Below, piece after piece: positions 41,406 to 52,823 of a stretch of 64,000 bases of DNA. The position numbers and the translations under genes were made by a program. The notes under the pieces were generated by a model. It saw only the letters and a program-made list of their open reading frames with translations. It ran no database searches and was not told the origin of the DNA. The DNA is from Lingula anatina. Its lineage: Eukaryota > Animalia > Brachiopoda. Location: positions 20,150,001 through 20,214,000 of the forward strand of contig CM120642.1 in the NCBI GenBank assembly GCA_051362555.1, given 5' to 3'. Numbering within the stretch: position 1 is the first letter of the stretch; the number at the start of each line of letters is the position of its first letter.

Positions 41406-44400
41406 CAAAGATTAAAAGTTTGAATAGCAGCTTCATTGAAATTATATTTACCTCAGGCTCTGCCTTGGAGGTTATATTTTCACCCCTGTTTGTCTGTTAT
41501 CAACATAACTCAAAAAGTTATGGACCGATTTTGCTGAAATTTTCAGGAACTGTCAGAATTGGGCCAAAGAGGACAATGATTAGTTTTTAGTGGTGGTCTG
41601 GCTCAATAATCAATCAATAATCAACAATAATCAACAATTGCTGCCTTGGCAGAGGTCTGCACTCTCGGTGGTTTTCTAGTTTTGTTATGTTTTCCTTTAC
41701 AATTTTTTCTCAAACACTTGCATTTGTGACTTTTAACTCTCATCCGCTCGAGGCTCTGCACATTTTCTGTATTTCCACATAAGTAATTGTATTGTTTTTT
41801 ATGTCTTTAAACATTATATAAAATTATTTTATGCACTGTCATCATTTTTCAAATATTGAGACTTTCATCATGTGACTATAGTCTCTCATGGTCCTGAAAC
41901 TGTAATCTTATTGAAGGGGTGGATTGAGACCATCTTCTGGGTCTTCTTGAAGACAGGTTATTAAGTTTATATTGACTGGTATCTATTTTTTCTGTTGGAA
42001 GACCATCAAAATGGAGGATGGATCAACATAGATACTTTGGAATACTGTCAGAAAATATCTCAGGGTCCGCTCCTGTTATTGACCATGTTACCTGTTGTGC
42101 ATGATTAAAATTCAGTGTTGACTGACAGTGCTATTATGAGCATTATTTATTATTGCATCAAAATTGACAAAATGACCTTTTTTTGCATCTTTATTTTCTG
42201 TTTTTTGTCTGTACATTTGACAGCTTTGCTGCCTTGTTTAAACAGAAGATAAATTTTTTTGCACATCAATAGAAGTTATTCCATAAAGGACTTTTTTTAT
42301 ATTATTTCATGTGAAAATCCTTTTCAGCTCTGTGAAGAAATTCTCCTTGCTGCAGGAATTCTGCACTTTGAGCGTCCAGCTGGATAGATTTTCGAGATTC
42401 CTGGGAGCTCAAAAGGACATAGTGAAGCATGTCTGCCTGGATGAAAAGGTAAGGCCAGACAAATTTTGTAGATTGGTTGGGTACAACCTACCCTAATTTT
42501 GAGGAAATCAGTTATTGCACCTATTTTTATGTATAAAAAAAAAATTCACGGGGTATTGATGTGGTAAGAGGAAGAAATTTACAATTTACAACTCTAAAAA
42601 TATCCACGCTATGGGTTTGACATTTCCCCTTGAAATGAATATTCACCACCCTTAAAATAAAAGAAAAACACTGGCCAGCCCTGAAATTAAATTGATATGT
42701 TCGTTAAACTTCATGATGTTTTGAAAAAACAAAAACAAAGTTTAACCTAAATTTCCTCTGTCTGCCCCGTTTACTGAGAGTTGTCACACGAGAACCAGTT
42801 GATCAATTTTGTCAAAACTAATGATGAACAATGTCCATTATAAAAAGCTATGTAAGATATTAATTTTAAGAAGTTAATTTTAATGTTAAAATTTAAATGT
42901 TAACTAATAAGAAGTAAAATGTATTATTTTTCTATTTCAAGGATCTCTCAGAAAAAGTTATGTAAGAAGTTAATTCTAAGACGTTAATTTTAATGTTAAA
43001 ATGTAAATGTTAACTTAAGAATTAAAATGTATTATTTTTCTATTGCAAGGGTCTCCCAGAAATGTTCAATGGTCTTCTAATATGTCAGAAGATCAAGGAT
43101 TTTGTTAGTCCCTGGCAGACAGACAGCAAGGAGCAGAAAATAGTCCAGAGGTACGCTAGAGTGAATGCAGGCGGGATTGCAGATGACAGTTGGAAAAACA
43201 TCCATGGGATCCATCACAAGGTCCTGAAAGATTTACATTCTCAGGTAAAAAGGCTTTATAAGTTTTCTTTTTATTGCAAATTTTTGCATACTTTAGGGTT
43301 TTTCTTTTTGCTGACAAATACATAACTGATTGTAGTATAATATATATTGAAGAATCTATTTTCTTTATCATATTTACTTTCAGTAAAGTTTATTTAATTA
43401 AAAAAACTTAATATCAGAATTGTAAAAGAATGATTGTTAAGTGTCAAAATTTTAAAGGTTGAATAATATTGATTATATTTATTTATCTTATTTTATGACA
43501 GAGTATATAATTGTCATTCTGCAGTAATTGTTTAAAATTTTTATAAAAAATTAAACAGTGAACTAGAAAAATGTTACAGTCTTTTATTCAAGAAGTGTAT
43601 AGATGGTTTCAGGTTATTTATTGCCAGTATATTGATATATACACATCTCAGATTGTGCTACTGAATGTATTGAGACAAAACATTAAATTTCCATGATCTC
43701 AATTGTATCCAGAAACAATCTTTTTAATTCTGTCCCAGTTTATTGTGTTCATGATTTCATTTGTGACAGTACATAAATAAAAAAAACATTTATTTTGGGC
43801 ATGAACTTTTTAATGATGTAATGACTTTTAACTGATCACTGTATTTTAATATTAAGATTAAAATCTCTTGTTTTAGGGTATTATTCTGTACCTGAGTCAG
43901 CTTCCAGAGCCGATAGTGATCTTGAACATTGAGGTGTTTGCAGCAGTGATGAACAAGGCACTCAACTGTAGCACTCCTGTTCCCATGTCAACCCCTGTGC
44001 TATATCTGCCAGATGGGCAGAAGGTTTATACCTGTCAAAATTTGAAGGAGGCAGTTACCAGCATTGATTCTGCAATTGATGATAAAAACTTCCAGGTAAC
44101 CATATATATAAGTATTCTTTTAACCAAGCTGTTTTTGTAAAGTATATACTGTGCATGTTGTACAGTTCTGGCTTAGTTAAGTTAACATTAGATATTGGAC
44201 GGAAAAAATTATAGAGATCATTATTAACATATATATATCCCTTTGAGTTTGTAAGTGCTGATCTCTTCTATGAATTTTCGCTGTCATAAAACAATGTTAA
44301 TATAAGTTATCTACAGACACTGTGATTGAAATTGTGTTATTTTGCTACTTTCAGATACTGTACAAGATGATTAATGACCTGGGGATTCTCCAACAGGCGA

Positions 44401-44869
44401 AAAGTTTCCGCACCAGCCTCACCCCAGAAGATTGGACATATCTTTTCTTCAATTGTCGGACTGTCCAACAGCCCAGCATTCCACTGGTCAGTCAGAAATA
44501 TTACATATTACGTAATTAAGTAAATGTAGATTGTCAAAAATTACTGTTAGAGGCAAAGTAGGCAAATTATTATTCAAAAATACTTTCTTTGAAGTTGATA
44601 ATTGCAGGTAATGGATTTTAAAATTATTATTCAAAAATACTTTCTTTGAAGTTGATAATTGCAGGTAATGGATTTTAAAATTAACAATTCTCGTTCATCT
44701 AAATTTTAGCACTTTGTTCTTAACAATATGATGGCTGGTTCAAACAGGAAGCCAAGGGGTTATTCTGTTTAGTCTTTCGTTCCTCATCATATTCATTAGT
44801 GGCTACAGAGATCTTATTTTGGGATGTGTGTGCAATTAATGATAATAATAATAATAATGATAATAATAA

Positions 44870-44963
<94 letters not shown>

Positions 44964-46721
44964 ACATGAATTCTACTGCTCAGATGAGTGATAAATATTA
45001 TTGTTATCTAGAATTAATGTAGAATTTTATGCTCCTTTATATTTCAGGAAGATTTCAATTGTCCTCCCAATGCACCAGTCATCAAGAAGACACAAACCTA
45101 TACATACCCTGCCGGGTTCCACAGGGATCTTTTGCCGGCCATTTTTGCAGCTTGTGAACAGTTTGTTTCACCTGAAATTGTTTGGGCACAAGGATTTCTG
45201 TGTCGGCATGATGGAATTGAAGTCATGGTCAATGAAACTATTACTGGTGCGGTAATTTCCTAAGTAATACAAAAAAGGATTAATCATATTTTTGACCGCA
45301 TATTTCTTTTTGGACAAAACTCAAATGACGAAATGCTTGTTGAATGGGTTCATTTAAGAAAGTTGCCTGTTGAAGGCTGGGTTTTATAAGTTAAAAAAAT
45401 TATTTGAAATAGCAAATTTTAATATTAAAAAAATCTGAAATAGAGATGATTAATAATTTTGAGTTGTGGCAAACTATGTACCAATATATGTTAATGGGAT
45501 ACAGATAATCTTACATTTCTGTTACTTAGTTATAGTTACTGTAATAAATAATAGATTTTTTGTGAATTTTTTTTTTCATAGGTGTGGGCACAGGTATGAT
45601 TACCCTCTCTGGACAAAGCTACAGACCAGAGGATGAAAGGGCAAAGGCTGAGATGGAAAGAAGCATCTTGTTAGAGATGTATATCTATGGCATGGTCATT
45701 GACTCAGTGCTGGGAGAGACACAGACTCTAGCTTTTCGACAAGGTGGGTGGTTTATTTAGTAGCCCCTCTCTCAGACATCTGATAATAGCAGTCTTCATC
45801 ATTTCACTTCATTTGTCAAGAGGGATTAGGAAACTGCTAATCTGGAGTTAAAATCTGTTGATAATGGGGATAACTATCTGATTCAGAAACCAATCTTGAG
45901 CTGCAATTTTCTTTTATCTTACCAGTAATCACACAGTCAAGTAACTAATAATAAAATTATCTTAGTTTTTATACCAGTCTGACATTATATATATCTGATA
46001 GTACCAGTCATGTAACAGTGACCTATTTTATTTAGGTTGTTGGTTGTCCTGCTAAATATTTTTTTTTATTTAAGATTTTTATATTTTAAGAGTGTTCAGA
46101 TAATATGTGTTGCTTTTGTTTATCGTTTTATTACTTTTACATTCATATATTGTGCATTTGTCTTAGATCAGTAGTTTAAAAACGTTTTCTGTGATCCAGA
46201 TAAAACACTAGTCAAGAAAGCTGGGAAATGTGAAAATTTACAGTGTAGAGTTCAAAATATAATCATTATCTAACTTCAATCACAGGTGACCTGTCCGAGC
46301 TGCTGGACATAAAGGTGGACCCTTGCCTATGCCAGGAACATGTGTGGAGCCGGCCAGATGGGACATACCCTTGGGACTACAAGGTGACCGTGTGCACTCG
46401 GTGTAACAACTGCTCAGATAAAGGGATAACATGTCCATGGAATGGCATAAAGGAGAGGAGACTCAGGTATGCCTTACGCTGACTGCAGAGACATCTATAG
46501 GAGGGATAATTCATTTGACTTGAATTACTAGACATGTACATCTTAATGGAAGTATTGGTTTTAGAAAAGAGAATGTATGAACAAATTATTGTTATTTGAA
46601 CAAAAAGAATGCTCTGACGTATGTTTGTGGATCAGAGAGTGATTAAAAAGCTCTGAAAATAAATCTGTAGGAATAAATCTAAGAAATTAATGGAAACTTT
46701 TAAAAATTATCAAACTGAATG

Positions 46722-46774
<53 letters not shown>

Positions 46775-49700
46775 TTATTCAGTTCTGGAGAGGTGTGGGC
46801 ATCATCTCTCAAACAGCTGGACTCTGGTCAGGAAACCTGTCACCTGGGCACAGAGTGGCACCTCCCGGTCATGTTTGAAAACTTGGAGGAATGTGGATGT
46901 GACACAGAAATCCGTGCTTGTCGTCGCTGTGGACTGTGCAGACATTGTGCTTACGTTTTAGTGAGTTTGATAGTGTGCATGTTTTTTTCATTGCTTGGTT
47001 GATGCAGTTTGTACTGAAAAATTTGAATCAAAACATGTATTTGTCTGTTGTTTAAGAGACCAATGAATTTGTAGAAGAGTTCAAATTGTATGCAATAATT
47101 ATACTAAGACCCCATTCCCAGAGATTAGATCGATCCAACTAGATTGACCTAACTCCCTGGGGGTTCACGCTAAATAGCTGTCAGCCGCGCGGGCACGAAA
47201 GTTAATTACCCCCTTACAGCTTGTAGTAGGCGGGACGGACACTTAAGCCGGATTATCTGACAGTTATCTAGTGAGACTCCCCACGGGGATAGATCGATGT
47301 AAAATCTATGGGAATGCGCCCTAAGTCAAATTTTTGTTCACATTATTGCCTAGTATTATATTTTTATACATGTATGAATTATCCCACAGTATGTGTCAAT
47401 TATCTCACAGAATCATGCAAACATTCCCTTTTATTTTATCTCTTTATGATGATAATGTACAACTGACACGTTTCAGGGCACTATTCATGCGAGGGTGGAC
47501 CCTGGCTATGGGTCTCTGATGAATAATCTTGTGACACACGAAGCAGCGATGACCACCTACCGTTGTGAATACCCTCTAGATGGCACTGTCCATCAGATAG
47601 TCAATATTTCTGCCATGAAATACTTGAACCAAGACTTTCAGGGCATTGTTTTGCTGACTAGGTAATTGTCAAAAATATTAATTAATTAATTTTTTTTTTT
47701 TAAGAAATGAAGTAAATTTGGATGCATCGTATAACAAATGCAAATAAATGTTAGCAGGTAAACAGAAAGGTCATTGCAATGAAGATTTTTAGGTATATTT
47801 CATGTCAAATATTATACTGACTTGTTAAAAAAAAAACTTTCCATGATGAGCATCTTCCAGTTTCATTATATTCAGATCTCTTGCACTGAGATAGTAGATA
47901 TTTATGCTTGCAATAAAAATAAACAGTAAACCACCAGTTTTAATCACCATTTTCAATTTTTCTCCAAAGTCATTTTTCACGAAAAAATCTCAAAGAGTTT
48001 TTTTGTGGTTCTCTGTCATGTTCATTACAATCTACTTTCAGTTTTCTTCAAGACAAAGAATTGAAGTTGTTGATTGGGGAGGGTGGGACAGTGACACTGA
48101 TGGTAGGGCAGCAGGCTGATTATCCAGCAGCTTCCTACGGTCTGCTCCGTTCTCTAGAGAAAGGAGATGTTTTGACTCTGAAAGTAACTGTGTACCCTGG
48201 ATCCATGGAGCGGTAAAAAATCATTGAATTCAGATTCTTTTTTACGTATTTGAATTTTTCACAGACTGACAAATATTAGACTTGATTTCAAGATATACTA
48301 TATAAAGAATATGGAATTTTTCTTAGATGTGTGCTCCACAATTTCTTTGGTTTAAATTAAAGGCCTCCATTGTGATTTTGTTAAATTAAGAAACAATCCT
48401 CAGTGCAGTTCAAGATGGCATTTTCAGATTTTGATAGAATTTAAATTTTGAAATTTGTTATGTTTATTATCATTTTATAAGTATTGTTCTCTGAGTACAT
48501 GCCAATAAAGTTAATAGGATTTGCATCAACATTAAATACTTTTTCAGTTTTGACCAAAATGGAGTGACAAAGTTGATAGATGAAGATGCATCTGTTGTGG
48601 TAAGCAACGTATTGAATTTTTCAACTTTCAGTCAAGTACAATATCTGTAGTAAATAGAAATGTTCTTAGATAAAAATGTATCTTGATAATATAATTCATG
48701 GTAAATGATTAAATATATTACATTTGCACCTGACAGTTGTAACTACTAGAGCATCCAGATCACCAGAGAAAAGATGGATCCATTTCTCATTTATTTAAAA
48801 CATTTGATTATCTTTACTCAGCAAAATATAATGTGAATGAATATTTTGACAGTGAGACCAAAAAAATTTATTGTGGCTCGGTTCTTGTTAGAAAGTATGT
48901 TTTTGTGAATGAGGATAGATCATAAATCTTGAAATAAAAAAAATAAAAAATTTATTAAAGATGTGTTATTTGGATTTTCTCATATATGGCAAAATTTCAT
49001 ACTTTTCACTTACTATGTTATGTTACTTTTTCATGATATGTCATTTTAGTTACTTACACAAATGTACTAACTGACACAAAGTTAATGGTATGTTCACCTT
49101 TTTTAAGCTTTTGACTCAAAATTTCTTTGTAAGTATTGCTAACGCCGGTAAGCATTCCTTTGTGGAAAATTATATATTTATTTTGTTCAAAAAGTATTAT
49201 TATAAGTAACTATAAAACACCTACATTTTTCTGTCTCATAGCAGCTGCCAATGTATCTCCAAGTGATTCTGAATGGCGTCTGTCTGAATACGTACATGAT
49301 TCCTAATCTGGAGTGGTACCCCACACTGGTCACCCAGGGGCAGCAGGCAGGGGAGTTCAGGGGCTGGAACTTTGAATGTCCAACGATGCCCTTGGTCATC
49401 AGGGTTAGTATTTCTGTCAATTAAAGTTGCAAGTGCAGTGCATACATTCTATAAAAGAGAATTCTTAATTATGTGCCACATAAACAGTGATAATATACAG
49501 TCCGAAACAAAAAATGATATTATAATGCAAACTTTGTAATATGTTTTGTAATATGTGAAGGTATTTTTATAAGTTCAATTCTGTTACGCCAACTAAGTGA
49601 CATTTAATAAAGACTGTTAGTGACAAAGATCTAATTCAGTAAGGATTTAGCACAGCCATCCTTGATGTATTGAAACTGTGTTCATGGTCTAGAGAAATTG

Positions 49701-52700
49701 CAAGATCTCTTTTTATGTTCACAGTCCAGTTTTCCTGGAGGGAGTGTGCCTACACTGACTGCTCTTGATGAAGAAGAAGACTGCTACGTCTACAACTGCT
49801 CTGTTGATGAATCGCCCAGAGGAACTGTTGTTTCCTTCAGGTTAGACAGATATAGACCATCATTTTTGTAGTACATGTTTTCAGTGAATATTATTCCTTA
49901 TATCATAGATGTTGAGAGCTAAAGATACAAAATTAATGTGGCATTTCTCAACAACACATGTCATGCATGAAGAACAGCTACACCACACCTGGGTCCGGTT
50001 TCATCAAGGCTGGATAGCGCTGTCCAGAGGATAGCGGCCATTATTAGCCACTGGATAGCACTATGCAGCCTTGATGAAACCAGGCCCTGACTTTTTAGTT
50101 ATATATTGAGTAAGATACAGCCTTAGTCCACAAGGTTTAAATGACATCAATTCATGTGCTTAAATTATGTCCCATGCACCTCTGTGTCTCGTGGTGTAAC
50201 TATTACATACGATTACAACGGTCAGTGCAATCCCCTTTATGTGTATAAAAACCAATTTCACTTTGACACAAGTTAGAAAAGAAAGTTTTTCCTTGTGCAA
50301 AAATGTTACACTATGCTTAATGCGTTTAAGGTTCCAAACAAATATTTTTGTTTTCTGGTCTATTTTTTTCCACCCTGAGTTTCAAACATGACAGAGGGTT
50401 GCTGTTGGTAGAGGATAGTCAGGGACAGATTGGGGCCATCTTCTGGTCTTCCATAAGACGGTTAGATTTTCAAGTTTATATTGACGGGTATCTAATTTTT
50501 TCTGTCAAAAGATGGTCAAAAATGGAGATGGATTAACAAAGATAATTTGGAAGACTGTCAGAAAATATCTCTGAATCCGCCCCTGATAGTTTTGGGAACC
50601 TCTGCAGTTGGGGTAGTTTTCCTTAGAATCGACACATTGTGATATTTGAATTTTATATTCACCTGCAGCTGTATTTATTGCATAGTTTCTTTGGATTTTC
50701 TTTTTAGTTGAGAATTCAAATTCTACAGACAAATGCATTTATTAATATTTATGTTTTACATTGCAGAAAAGAAGAAGACCCATTTTTGTCCTACTGCATT
50801 ATCAAGATACCATTGGCTGGACTAGACCCTGCAAATTTTATGGAAGTAGAATTCCAAGATGTGGACATTTGTGGGAAGTTCTATATGGGACCTATCTGGT
50901 TTTCTGATGCAGAGGTGGAGGCCATGGATTTTAGAGAGACTGTGTCCTATGTTCTATCAGTTTGGGACGAGTATGTGTGAATGGTTTTATTTTTCACTTG
51001 TCCTTATATAATATCATGCAAGTTTTGTCACATTTGTTATCAGTTAATTAGTTTTATGAACTTTTCAAATTTTAGTGAAGTGTTTGTCACATCTGTTTTT
51101 AAGAATTTGATGCACCTTGGTTTGATAGATTAAAAAATATATTTTTAAATTGATAACCTAAAAATCCATTTTGTTTGTAAAGTTTGATAAGCTTTTGTGG
51201 AATTCTAACTCTATGACTTACATTTAGAAGTTGGATTTTGGTATAGTTAGTACAGATACATGTACCTAAAATGTTATTTCAGTGAGAAATTGAAGAGGAG
51301 CTTGGACTGTGGGGACAGAGTGTCTGTGGTTGTTGACATAGATAGTGTCCAGAATGTCAGCGCTGAGAACACAGAGGTTCGTGTCACTTGGGAGCTGCCA
51401 GCAGGAAGAAGCATTGTGACAACTGTAAGTCCATGTGCCTTAATTGTAATAGAAATATGCAGATAAGGACTCTTTCAGATTGATGTAGATTTAATATGTA
51501 TTACATCTTTACAGTAGATCTTCATAGATGCATCAATATTATAACTTATTTACTTCTTTAAGATCTATATGGTGATTTGATATGCATTTTCAGATTGATG
51601 CAAACATTTGTGAATGTTTTCAAAATGATAAATTTTGAGAGCTTCAAATTTTGAAGTTCTTAATCTTATCACATTCACTTTTTTGTAACCTGCTAAAAAC
51701 AAAATACAGTTTGAAGTAGGAAAGCAACTTTTGAGAGCATAAGCATTATTTCACTTCTTAAGTATTTTCCAATGAGAAATTTTAATTTTAAAAATGTTAA
51801 GGTATTATATGTAATGGTCAAAAGCCAGTCATTGAGAGGCAGGGGAATTATGTTTGAGGGGAGTAGACTGAAGAAGATTAGTAGACTGTAAAATGATGTG
51901 ACTGCATTTAAGCCTGGATCTACCGGCATCTTTATCGTCCCCCATTTTTTCAGCTACCACTATACAACCAGCCAGAGCCTGGGGTCAAAGGTCGGGTCCA
52001 TATGGCCATTTTGTTCCAGAAGAATCCAGAATTTCCTTCACCTAAAGGGCCCACTGTCAGAGTCACCAAGGTAATTGTAATATAAATAGGATGACTGTGT
52101 TTAACTGATTACTAATTATACAAAATGCTTTGCTTAATAAATAATTATAGAACTGATTTGACCACCTTTAAATTTTTTTCCAGGGTTGCTAATGTCATCA
52201 AGTAATACATGATCAGTTGTGATTGCCTTTTTATCTGCTTTTTATTACACTTGCTTGATAGCATAAATTTTAAAAATATCATTTTTCTACTTATATATTA
52301 TAATATATTTTATATGAAACAAGAAAATGTATGTGATGGTGCTAAATAGTGTCATGCTATTTAATTTAAGATGTAATAGTCTTTTTGTTACTTTAAAAAT
52401 AGTATTTTTGGGAAATACAGTTTTCCCTTTCATACTTATATTCACTAAGATTCACTATTAATTTTAGTTTGGAAATCTGGATTATAACCTTCTGCCTGCC
52501 CCCGTAAAAACACTGTCTTGCAGAAGAGTTGACCCAGGAGACAGGACTGAAATAGGTAAAATCCACAAGAAAAAAAATGCATTTTATACATATTTTGTTC
52601 ATTTATAGTGTATTTCCCTGGACTGCACACGGTCTTCCCTGAATACATGTGTTACTAGAATATTGTGCAAAATTTGTCTTGCCCTATAGAATTTTTTGTA

Positions 52701-52758
52701 ACTTTTTTATATCATTGCTATTAAGAAATGCATATTTTCCAGCCTTTTGCAAAAAAAA

Positions 52759-52823
<65 letters not shown>

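Noticed and set aside
44564-44682. 57-bp tandem duplication containing TTGCAG|GTAAT, like a recursive splice site
   Set aside because: The intron is only ~560 nt and the flanking exons join in frame without it; most likely a neutral duplication.
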